Shown here: one piece after another, positions 8,019-17,060 of the stretch
How the letters are laid out: every line of letters begins with the position of its first letter
How positions within the stretch are numbered: position 1 is the first letter of the stretch
NCBI GenBank assembly: GCA_963806225.1
Contig: CAWDXG010000004.1
Location: 5,344,001-5,408,000 of the forward strand
Length of the DNA stretch: 64,000 nucleotides
Direction of reading: 5' to 3'
Source: an uncultured delta proteobacterium
GTDB lineage: Bacteria > Myxococcota_A > Polyangia > Polyangiales > Polyangiaceae
Made by a program: the position numbers and the translations under genes
Notes under the pieces: generated by a model
What the model was told of the DNA's origin: nothing
What the model saw: only the letters and a program-made list of their open reading frames with translations
Databases searched by the model: none

Positions 8019-11006
8019 ATGGCGACGCACAGGAAGAAGAGCGAGACGACCAAGTCTACGTCGAGGTTGTCGCCCTCGCCCCCCGAGCCAGCGGCGGGGC
8101 CCGAAGCCGAAGCGGAATCCGGCGCCGGGTCCGCGGCGGAGGCCGACCCGAAACCCGAGCACGCGGAGGCAGCGTTCTACGTCGTCGGTCTGGGCGCTTC
8201 GGCGGGCGGGCTCGACGCGCTGGATGCGTTCTTCCAGGCCATGCCGGACGTGACGGGTATCGCGTTCGTAGTGCTGACGCATCAGCACCCCGGTCACGTC
8301 AGCCTTCTGCCCGACCTGATCGCCAAGCACACCGCGATGCCCGTGGAGCCGATCACCGAAGGGGTGATGCTCGAGCCGGACCGCGTGCTCGTCGCGCCGC
8401 CCGGGTACAACGTGCAGGTTCGTCGCGGCCGCCTCCACCTGACGAAGCTCGAGCATGACTACCTGCCGATCGATCGCTTCTTCCGCTCGCTGGCCGGGGA
8501 TCTAGACGGTCGCGCGGTGTGCGTGGTGCTCAGCGGGACGGGCACCGACGGCACACTCGGGCTGCGCGAGGTCAAGGCCCAGGGTGGCATGGCCATGGTG
8601 CAGGACGTGGAGTCCGCACGCTACGCCGGCATGCCGGAGAGCGCCGCCGACACGGGCCTCGCCGACTTCGTGCTGGCGCCCGACAAGATGGTGGAGTCGC
8701 TGCTCGCGTACGTGCGGGCGAGCGAGCCGTCGCTCGGCGTGGAGCCGGTCGCGGAGGTCGCCGGACCGCAGCAGCGCATCTTCGCGCTGCTGCGCGCTCG
8801 TACAGGCCAGGACTTCAGCGGCTACAAGCCGAACACCATGAGCCGGCGCATCGAGCGGCGCATGCGCGTACACCAGTTCGAACGGCCGGGTGACTACCTG
8901 CATCTGCTGGAGTCCAACCCGCACGAGCTCGATCTGCTGTCGAAGGAGCTCCTGATCAGCGTCACCAGCTTCTTCCGCGATCCGGAAGCATTCGTCGCCC
9001 TTGCGCTGCGGATAGAGCGGCAGGTCGGGGGCCTGCCCGACAACTACACCTTCCGCGTCTGGGTGCCGGGCTGCGCGACGGGTGAAGAGGCGTATTCGAT
9101 CGCGATCCTGCTGCAGGAAATCTCCGAACGGCTCGAGCGCCCCTTCCAGGTCCAGATCTTCGCGACCGATCTGGACGAGCGCGCAATCACCAGGGCGCGC
9201 GCTGGCCTGTATCCCGAGGGCATTGCTGCGGACGTGGGCCCCGACAGGCTCGCGCGCTTCTTCGTGCGCGCCGGCGCCAGCTATCGCGCGAGCAAGAGCA
9301 TTCGCGAGATGATCGTCTTCGCCGCGCAGAACGTGCTGAAGGATCCACCCTTCACGCGGCTCGACCTGATTTCGTGCCGCAACCTGCTCATCTACCTCAA
9401 CCCGGACCTCCAGCAGCGGCTCCTGCCGGTGCTGCACTACGCTCTCAAGCCGGGCGGGATCCTGATGCTCGGGACGTCCGAGACGGTTGGCGAAAGCGAA
9501 GATCTATTCGAGCCGCTCGACCGCAAGTGGCGCCTCTTCGCGCGACTAGCAGGGGCTCCCGTCGCGGTGCCGGCAGCCGCCTTCAAGGCGGGAGACGCGG
9601 GTGCGTCGCGGGTCATGCGGCGCGCTGTGGCGGCCTCGTCCTCTCCGGGGGCTGCGATCGAGAAAGCGCTGCTCGAGCGCTTCGCGCCGCCGACCGCGAT
9701 CGTGAACGAACGGGGCGACATCGCATATCTGCACGGGCGTACCGGCAGCTTCCTCGAGCCGAGCTCCGGCGAGCCGAAGAACAACCTGTACGCCATGGCC
9801 CGGGAGGGCCTGGAGCTCGAGCTGCCCGCGCTCGTCCGGGTAGCGTCCGACCAGGGACGCGAGGTGGCGCGTCGCGGGCTCTCCGTGCGCACCAACGGCG
9901 ACGTTGCCGAGGTAAACCTGCTGGCCAGTCCCATCCTCGAGCCGGAGAGTATCCGTGGGCTGATCCGCGTGAGTTTCGAGACAACCCAGAAACCCGCCCC
10001 CGGGAAGAAGTCGCGCCGGCGGAGCGGCGGGCGGACCAAGGAACTCGAGCTCGAGTTGCAGCACACGCGCGAGACGCTGCAGAGCACCATCGAGGAGCAG
10101 CAGAGCACGAACGAAGAGCTGCAGAGCGCCAACGAGGAGCTGCAGAGCACGAACGAGGAGCTGCAGAGCGCCAACGAGGAGCTGGAGACCTCGCGGGAAG
10201 AGCTGCAGTCGCTGAACGAGGAGCTGCAGACCGTCAACTCCGAGCTGCTGCTCAAGAACGACGCGCTCGCTCACTCCAATGACGACATGCAGAACCTCCT
10301 GCAGAGCACCGATATTGCGACGCTGTTCCTCGACACGGACCTGAAGATCAAGCGGTTCACGTCCCAGGCGCGCGAGGTGATCAATCTGATCCCGGGTGAC
10401 ATGGGTCGGCCGCTCGCTGACCTGTCGACCAACATCCGCTACGACCGGCTCGCCGAGGACGCCGCGCGAGTGCTCGACACGCTGGTGCCGCAGGAGACCG
10501 AGGTCCAGACCACCGACGGCGCGTGGCGGCTCATCCGGATGCTGCCCTACCGCACTTCACAGAACGTGATCGACGGCGTAGTGATCACGGTGATCGACAT
10601 CGATCGCATCAAGCGCGCCGAAGCGCTGGCAGCCTCGCGCGCCTTTGCCGAGAGCATCGTGCACACGGTCCGCGAGCCGCTGGTGGTGCTCGATCCGAAC
10701 CTCGCGGTCGTCACGGCGAACCACGCGTTCTTCGATAGTTTCGGGTTCGACGCCGGGCGCGTGACCGGGCGGCGGCTGGTGGATCTGCCGGGAGGCGAGT
10801 TCTGGGCTCTGCCGGAGCTCCGGACCCTGCTGGAAGAGGTGGCGTCCAAGGGCAGGGTCTTCGAGGACTTCGAGGTGGTACACGAGCTGCCCGGGATAGG
10901 CCCGCGCCGCCTGCTCCTGAACGCTCGCCGCCTCGAGGCGGGGTCGGGAAGCGTCCGTCATATTCTGTTGGCACTGGAGATCCAGAGCGCAACCGTTGCG
11001 CGTTGA
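8019..11006 (+). CDS. CheB-CheR fusion with coiled coil and PAS domains
   Basis: GASAGG and SGTGTDG (CheB), VWVPGCATGEEAYS and DLISCRNLLIY (CheR), EELQSTNEELQSANEE heptad repeats, C-terminal PAS. Confidence 0.93.
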   Translation: MATHRKKSETTKSTSRLSPSPPEPAAGPEAEAESGAGSAAEADPKPEHAEAAFYVVGLGASAGGLDALDAFFQAMPDVTGIAFVVLTHQHPGHVSLLPDLIAKHTAMPVEPITEGVMLEPDRVLVAPPGYNVQVRRGRLHLTKLEHDYLPIDRFFRSLAGDLDGRAVCVVLSGTGTDGTLGLREVKAQGGMAMVQDVESARYAGMPESAADTGLADFVLAPDKMVESLLAYVRASEPSLGVEPVAEVAGPQQRIFALLRARTGQDFSGYKPNTMSRRIERRMRVHQFERPGDYLHLLESNPHELDLLSKELLISVTSFFRDPEAFVALALRIERQVGGLPDNYTFRVWVPGCATGEEAYSIAILLQEISERLERPFQVQIFATDLDERAITRARAGLYPEGIAADVGPDRLARFFVRAGASYRASKSIREMIVFAAQNVLKDPPFTRLDLISCRNLLIYLNPDLQQRLLPVLHYALKPGGILMLGTSETVGESEDLFEPLDRKWRLFARLAGAPVAVPAAAFKAGDAGASRVMRRAVAASSSPGAAIEKALLERFAPPTAIVNERGDIAYLHGRTGSFLEPSSGEPKNNLYAMAREGLELELPALVRVASDQGREVARRGLSVRTNGDVAEVNLLASPILEPESIRGLIRVSFETTQKPAPGKKSRRRSGGRTKELELELQHTRETLQSTIEEQQSTNEELQSANEELQSTNEELQSANEELETSREELQSLNEELQTVNSELLLKNDALAHSNDDMQNLLQSTDIATLFLDTDLKIKRFTSQAREVINLIPGDMGRPLADLSTNIRYDRLAEDAARVLDTLVPQETEVQTTDGAWRLIRMLPYRTSQNVIDGVVITVIDIDRIKRAEALAASRAFAESIVHTVREPLVVLDPNLAVVTANHAFFDSFGFDAGRVTGRRLVDLPGGEFWALPELRTLLEEVASKGRVFEDFEVVHELPGIGPRRLLLNARRLEAGSGSVRHILLALEIQSATVAR

Positions 11007-12873
11007 CCGCGGCCGGATCTGCCGTACGCTGCGGAGTCCAATGGGGGGGCTCGTCACAAGTGTGCAGGATCTCAGGAGCCGCGCGGAAGCTGCACTTCGC
11101 AAGACGGAGCGCGACGTGCGCGCCCTCGCACCCGAGGAGGTCCAGCGCCTCGTGCACGAGCTGCAGGTGCACCAGATCGAGCTCGAGATGCAGAACGACG
11201 AGCTCCGCCGCGCCCAGGGGGAGCTCGAGGAATCGCGCGAGCGCTTCCAGGAGCTGTTCGAACGCGCTCCTGCTGGCTATCTAAACGTCGACGCCGACGG
11301 TGTCATCGTGCGTGCGAACCCCGCCGCCGGAACCCTGCTGGGCGTCGAGCCCGCGCTTCTGCCGGGGCGCCGCGTCCACGAGCTCGTGACGCCGCAGGAC
11401 CTGCGGCAGCTCCGGGAGCACCTGCGCGCGGTGTTCGAGCGCAACGAGCACGCGGAATGCGAGCTGTCGCTGGTGCGCGCGGGCGGCAATAACCTGTCCG
11501 TGCGGCTTGACAGCAATCCGCGCGAGCGCGGCTGCCTGATGCTCCTGACCGACATCAGCGAGCGCAAGCGGGCGGAAGGAGCGCTGCTCAGGTTGGCTCA
11601 GCAGCTGGAGGAGCGCGTGGAGGTGCGCACCAGCGAGCTCGCCGACAAGAACCGCCGTTTGCAGTGGGAGATGGCCGAGCGCTCGCGGGCCGAGCAGGAA
11701 CGCCAGCAGCTCGAGACGCGCCTCCGCAGCGCCGAACGGCTCGAGAGCCTCGCCCAGCTCGCGGGCGGCATCGCGCACGATTTCAACAACCTGCTCGTTG
11801 GCGTCCTGGGCAACGCCGACCTCCTGCTCGGTGAAGAAGGGCTCACGCCCGCGATGCGCGAGTCGCTATCGCTGATCAAGCAGTCCGCGCTCGCCACCAC
11901 CGGCCTCACCCGGCAGATGCTGGTGTACGCTGGGCATTCGCAGCGCTCTGTCCAGCGAGTGGCCGCCGCGCGAGTTGTCGAGGAAGCTCTCGAGGAGGCC
12001 CGCCGGCACGCTCCCGAGCGCGTGCGCGTGGTGGACGAGATCGGGACCGACCTGCCGGACGTGATGGCGGACGAGGTGCAGCTGAAGGAGCTCGTGAGGC
12101 ACCTGGTCATGAACGGGCTTGAAGCCGTCGCGGGGGGACAGGGGCAGGTCGCGGTGCGTGCCTACGCTGTGGACTTCGACGAACACGAGCTGTCGACGTT
12201 CACGCTTCGCTCGGGCGCCGCGCCGGGACGCTACGTCGTGATCGCGGTCGACGATACCGGCCACGGCATGGACGCCGACATGCAGGCGCGCGCATTCGAC
12301 CCATTCTTCACCACCAAGTTCGTCGGCCGCGGGCTGGGGCTCGCATCGGTGTTGGGCGTGGTGCGCGGTCATCATGGCGCACTGAGCTTGTGGAGCGAGC
12401 CAGGGCGGGGCACCAGCATCCAGGTCGCGTTGCCGGGGGCTCCAGAGTTGGAAAAGCCGCGGCCGGCGCCGCGAAGCGACTTGCCGTGGAAGGGCTCGGG
12501 GCACGTGCTGCTCATCGACGACGACGAGCTGGTGCGCGGTGTCGTCGCGCGCCAGCTCCTGCGCATGGGGTTCGAGGCGGTGGTCCAGGCTGCAAGCGGG
12601 CGCAACGGGCTCGATCGCTACGCGGAGCCGGGACGGAAGTTCTCGCTCGTGGTGCTCGACCGCACCATGCCCGGGCTATCCGGCGAGCAGGTGCTCCTCA
12701 AGCTCAGGGAGCTGGACCCGGTCGTCCCGGTGCTCATGATCAGCGGCTACAGCGCGGAGAGCGTCGACATCGACGATCCGCACATGGCGTTCCTGCAGAA
12801 GCCGATGACGGAGGACGCGCTCCGGCAGGCGCTTGGCGACCTGCTCGACGGCAAGGCTGCCGTCGCGCGCTGA
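10996..12873 (+). CDS. PAS-domain hybrid sensor histidine kinase/response regulator
   Basis: LVHELQVHQIELEMQN, GIAHDFNN H-box, FDPFFTTK/GRGLGL G-boxes, C-terminal receiver; true start may be a little downstream. Confidence 0.9.
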   Translation: MRVDRGRICRTLRSPMGGLVTSVQDLRSRAEAALRKTERDVRALAPEEVQRLVHELQVHQIELEMQNDELRRAQGELEESRERFQELFERAPAGYLNVDADGVIVRANPAAGTLLGVEPALLPGRRVHELVTPQDLRQLREHLRAVFERNEHAECELSLVRAGGNNLSVRLDSNPRERGCLMLLTDISERKRAEGALLRLAQQLEERVEVRTSELADKNRRLQWEMAERSRAEQERQQLETRLRSAERLESLAQLAGGIAHDFNNLLVGVLGNADLLLGEEGLTPAMRESLSLIKQSALATTGLTRQMLVYAGHSQRSVQRVAAARVVEEALEEARRHAPERVRVVDEIGTDLPDVMADEVQLKELVRHLVMNGLEAVAGGQGQVAVRAYAVDFDEHELSTFTLRSGAAPGRYVVIAVDDTGHGMDADMQARAFDPFFTTKFVGRGLGLASVLGVVRGHHGALSLWSEPGRGTSIQVALPGAPELEKPRPAPRSDLPWKGSGHVLLIDDDELVRGVVARQLLRMGFEAVVQAASGRNGLDRYAEPGRKFSLVVLDRTMPGLSGEQVLLKLRELDPVVPVLMISGYSAESVDIDDPHMAFLQKPMTEDALRQALGDLLDGKAAVAR

Positions 12874-12910
12874 ATTCGCTCTAGCCCGGCGCTTGCCGGG
12901 GCCGCAGGAG

Positions 12911-13741
12911 CTACGGCTTGAGCGGGTCGCAGCCCTGGCCGAAACAGATGGCGAGCACGGGGTGCAGCTCGACGCCGTTCGGAGCCATGCCGGTCGGCGG
13001 ATTCTGGTTCGACAGCTCGAAGGTATCGAAGAAACCGACGCCGACCACGGTCGCGGTGCCGAGCTGGGCGAAGCTCTTCGCGCCCGGATTCTTCGCGTCC
13101 ACTGCCGCGCGCGCATGCGTGATCGCGCAGCGCCACGGCGTGCCGCTCGTGCAGCCCTTGTGACCCACGCACCCCGGATAGGGAACCTCGACGAGCATGG
13201 TGTGCCCCGAGCCGTCGCTCGCGATGAGGTGGTAGTCGCCGTCGGCTTCGAGACGCTCGAACTTCAACGTCACGTCCTTGAGCTCGTAGGTCTTGAGCTC
13301 GGCCGGCTGCCGCTTGCAGTAGCTCACGCTGGGCGTCGGCAGCGAGATGAGCGTCTGGATCGTCGTTACCTCCGGAACCAGGTTCACCTTGCCCACGTCC
13401 TGGTCGGTCCCTGTCTTGACGCCCCAACGCCAGGTGCCGCAGCTACTGCCGTTGTTCGCGTAGGCCGTCGAGGGCGTCGTGCACGAGACCGCGCTGGCCG
13501 TCCCGCCGACGCCGGCCGTTCCGCCGCTGCCTGCCGCGCTGGTGTCGGCTCCCGAATCGGTCGGTGACCCGCTCGTTCCGCCCGCGCCGCCTGACCCCGA
13601 GCTCGACCCGGTTGAAACGCCGCTGCATGCGGCGGCCAGGACGAGCGAACCGAGAGCGAGGAGAGCTGTTCGTCGGATGATCAAGGCGGGACCTGCTTTC
13701 CTGGTGCTTCGCGCCCCGCCGAACCAGCCCAGTAGCTTCAT
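12911..13741 (-). CDS. putative lipoprotein with Gly/Ser linker and OB-fold-like C-domain
   Basis: Lipobox LAAAC, low-complexity linker, CGTWRWGVKTGTD...EADGDYHL...GVGFFD...ELHPVL. Confidence 0.65.
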   Translation of the reverse strand: MKLLGWFGGARSTRKAGPALIIRRTALLALGSLVLAAACSGVSTGSSSGSGGAGGTSGSPTDSGADTSAAGSGGTAGVGGTASAVSCTTPSTAYANNGSSCGTWRWGVKTGTDQDVGKVNLVPEVTTIQTLISLPTPSVSYCKRQPAELKTYELKDVTLKFERLEADGDYHLIASDGSGHTMLVEVPYPGCVGHKGCTSGTPWRCAITHARAAVDAKNPGAKSFAQLGTATVVGVGFFDTFELSNQNPPTGMAPNGVELHPVLAICFGQGCDPLKP

Positions 13742-13799
13742 ACCACAGGCAGGGCTGGAGCGGCTCGGCGTGAGGCACCCCCGCGCTGTGGCTGTTTTC

Positions 13800-15135
13800 C
13801 TACCTGGCCGTCGTTGGCACCAGGAAGCGCTGGCGGCAGGTCCGCGCGGCGATGTCGTAGATGCAGATCTCGCTGTCGTTCCGGCGCAGGAACAGATAGC
13901 GGTCGTCCGCGGAGATATTGATGTTCTCCGGCGTGAAATCCAGCCCGAAGTGCGAAGCCTTCGCCGCGGCGATGTCGAGATCGAACACGTCGTTCTGCAA
14001 CACGTAGGCGTGCTCCGAGTCGCTGCTCATGGCGAAGTTGTCGAGCTTGACGACCGGCCCCGAAAGCGGACGGAAGCTGCGGCTCGGAACGTCGAAGAGC
14101 CGCGCCGTATCCCCCGTCCAGCTCGAATCGACGAGCAGCACGTTTCCATCCGGCGTGACCGCGAAGCGCGGCAGCGCATCGCCCACCTCGGCAAAGTCGT
14201 AGTGCAGCGTACCGGTATCGATCAGCATCAGCTGGTAGCGGGCCGTGTCCGGCCCGGGCATCTGGCTCGGGTCGTCGAACAGCGAGGGGTCGCCCTGGTC
14301 GCGGTCATAGAAGGCCACGGCGATGTTGCCGTGCGGCGCCCGTGCCACCGGACCAAAGCCTGGCAGGTTCTTGTCGAAGCCCTCCGAGCCGGGTGACAGA
14401 TCGATCACACTGACCGGATCCTTCGAGCAGTGTGTCGGCGCCAGGAACGCCCGCTTCCCGTCCGCGGAGATCACGACCCGGTCTGCGCAGTTGGGCACGT
14501 TGATCGTGGTGGTAGCGCCGCTCGCGAGCTCGATCAGCGTGAGCCGGGTCGTGGGCGCTTGGCCCTGCCATGTCTCCGGCTCCTCGACGAGTGCACGGGA
14601 CGAGTCCGGCAGGAGCTCGAACGTCCGCGACCCCGCTGTCGAAATAGCGGGATAGCCGCTCGTGACCGCTGGTCGCGTCGAGGATCTGGACGCGATGCGC
14701 GCTGGCGGCCACGACGAAGCGGTCGTCCTTCGAAGACTCGAGGCGCAGCCCGTTGGTGGAGGCATCGTCGACCGGCGAATGCCAGAGCACGGAGTGCGCT
14801 TTCACGTCCACGGCGTCGACTTCACCGCTGCTTTCGCTGCCGACATACACCACGCTGCGTTGGTTCGAGAACGCCAACCGCGACGGCGAATCCACCGGCA
14901 GCGGCTGGATCTGGCCGGTGTCCACCCAGCCGACGGCCAGCTTGTTGTCGCGCGTGAACAGCACGTAGTTGCCCACTGGCGCGACGGCGATGTCGCCGAT
15001 GCCGAGCTGTACGCCGCCGGGCTGGTTGCCCACGCCCTTCTGGTTCGGGTTCGCGCCGCCCTGTTCGCAGGCGAGCAGCGCCAGCACGACCGGCACGGCG
15101 CAGGTCACCGTCGCCCACCAAGTGGTCTTCCCCAT
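13800..15135 (-). pseudogene. YncE-like beta-propeller lipoprotein split by a +1 frameshift (possibly a sequencing error)
   Basis: Lipobox LALLAC; N-half ends YFDSGVADV, C-half continues ELLPDSSRALV; removing one A at 14620/14621 joins them; blade repeats ISADGKRAFL, AVTPDGNVLL, ISADDRYLFL. Confidence 0.7.
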
Positions 15136-15455
15136 TCCGACACCTCCAAGCAAGAAACGAAGCGATGAAGCCCATCGCAAACCCCGTGCCGGGCCGCGGC
15201 TCTACGCACTTTGCCGCGTCTTGTGCCCCGCGACCGCATCGTGACCCTGACAATCCGGTCATGCCCCGCCGTCGCGCGCGCCGATCGTGACCCTGGGCTT
15301 CGAGATCCGCTGGCGCTAGACGGCAACGCTTGTCGTCCGTCAACGTGCGTGTCGACGGCGCAGGAGTTCCGTGCTGGCCGCATGACAAGGCTCATTTGGG
15401 ATCGTGGCGAGGCCTGGAAGCCTCGCCGCTTCCCAAAAGCAGGGGGCAGGTGAAC

Positions 15456-16673
15456 ATGGAAGCGAATCTCGACCACAGGAAGCTCTACCGACTGCCGTGG
15501 AATCTGGCAGACAACCCGATCGTCTGGCTCGAGCCGACGCAGCAGTGCAACCTCGCCTGCGACGGCTGCTACCGACAGAACGTCCGCGAACACAAGCCGG
15601 TCGACGAGGTGCAGAGCGACCTCGACACGTTCGCGCGGCTGCGCAACTTCGACGGCGTGTCGATCGCGGGCGGGGATCCACTCTGCCACCCGGACGTGGT
15701 GCAGATCGTCGAGCGCGTCACGAGGATGGGCCGCAAGGCGATCCTCAACACGAACGGTCTCGATCTGGACCGCGAGCTGCTCAGCGAGCTCAAGAAGGCG
15801 GGCCTGGTCGGGCTGACGTTCCACGTCGATTCGCGGCAGGGCCGCCCTGGCTGGCGCAACAAGACCGAAGCGCAGATGAACGAGCTGCGCTCGGAGTTCG
15901 CGGAGATGGTGGCGAGCGTGGGCGGGCTGGCCTGCGCGTTCAACTCGACGGTCTACGAGGACACGCTGGATCAGAGCGTGGACATCCTGGAGTGGGCCGG
16001 CAAGAACATCGACATAGTCCACACGGTGGTGTTCATCGCCTACCGCAATGCGGCGCTCGACAACTTCGAGTACTACGCGGGCGGCAAGCGGATCGACATG
16101 GGCGATGTCGTCTACTCGGAGAAGGAGAAGCGCCGCGCCGACATCAGCTCACGCGAGGTCGTGGCAAAGCTCAGGGAGCGCTTCCCCGATTTCTCGCCCT
16201 GCGCCTACCTCAACGGTACCGAGCAGCCCGACTCGTTCAAGTGGCTGATGACGATGCGGTTCGGCGACGGACAGCGCATCCACGGCTACGCCGGCCCGCG
16301 TTTCATGGAGGCGGTGCAGGCGGGCTACCACCTGGTCAAGGGCCGCTACCTCGCGTACTCGTCGCCCGGCGCGCTGGGCATGGGTCGTTCGGTGCTGGCC
16401 AGCTCGCTGTGGGACGGGCAGATCCGCGACGCCGCGAAGAGCTACCTCGGCTGGGTGACGGCTCATCCGCGCGATCTGCTCAAGCCGGTGCACATGCAAT
16501 CGGTACTGGTGATCCAGCCCATCGACGTGTTGGCCGACGGACGACAGAACATGTGCGACGGCTGTCCGGACATGACGATCCACGACGGACGGCTCGCCTG
16601 GTCCTGCCGGCTGGAGGAGGTCAAGCAGTTCGGACAGTTCGTGGCGTCCACGCCGAAGCCGCCGCCGAGCTAG
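15456..16673 (+). CDS. radical SAM protein
   Basis: CNLACDGC cluster motif, GGDP, NTNG; C-terminal CDGC...C. Confidence 0.9.
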   Translation: MEANLDHRKLYRLPWNLADNPIVWLEPTQQCNLACDGCYRQNVREHKPVDEVQSDLDTFARLRNFDGVSIAGGDPLCHPDVVQIVERVTRMGRKAILNTNGLDLDRELLSELKKAGLVGLTFHVDSRQGRPGWRNKTEAQMNELRSEFAEMVASVGGLACAFNSTVYEDTLDQSVDILEWAGKNIDIVHTVVFIAYRNAALDNFEYYAGGKRIDMGDVVYSEKEKRRADISSREVVAKLRERFPDFSPCAYLNGTEQPDSFKWLMTMRFGDGQRIHGYAGPRFMEAVQAGYHLVKGRYLAYSSPGALGMGRSVLASSLWDGQIRDAAKSYLGWVTAHPRDLLKPVHMQSVLVIQPIDVLADGRQNMCDGCPDMTIHDGRLAWSCRLEEVKQFGQFVASTPKPPPS

Positions 16674-16843
16674 CGCGAGTCCGATCCCCCGGAGAGCGGC
16701 GCCTGGAAGGCCTCGGGTGGCGGCCGAAATGCACGCGGGCGGGTGCATCCGGCGCGTGGTACGCTCTGCGTCCGCCGGGGGATAGCCTGACGCGTGCTGC
16801 CGTGAAGCGCACGCGCCGGAGCCCCGTGCGCACGGAGGCAGCC

Positions 16844-16978
16844 ATGGGCGACAAGTCCCCGAAATCCAAGCAGCGAGACAAGAAGCAGAAGGACGCCGCG
16901 AAGTCGCAGTCCAGAAACGACCAGGCCAGGCGCCAGCAGGCTTTTGCCTCGGCAGCCGGCAAGGACAAGAAGAAGTAG
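16844..16978 (+). CDS. 44-aa basic small protein
   Basis: GGAGG RBS then MGDKSPKSKQRDKKQKDAAK...KDKKK; GC-ending codons. Confidence 0.6.
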   Translation: MGDKSPKSKQRDKKQKDAAKSQSRNDQARRQQAFASAAGKDKKK

Positions 16979-17060
16979 GTCGGCGTCGGCGCGCAAACAG
17001 GACATCCAGCGCGTCGGGCGTGGCGACGACCGGCGGCCGCTCCGCGCCCCGGGGGGCTGT

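Noticed and set aside
10081..10230. 21-bp tandem repeats as an independent element
   Set aside because: Normal heptad coiled coil of CheBR fusions.
16757..16764. TGGTACGC as the att repeat of the tRNA-Arg 3' end
   Set aside because: Only 7 bp match the tRNA end, and GGTACGC occurs at several other places (e.g. near 1914, 5942, 28539), so it is compatible with chance despite the suggestive position.
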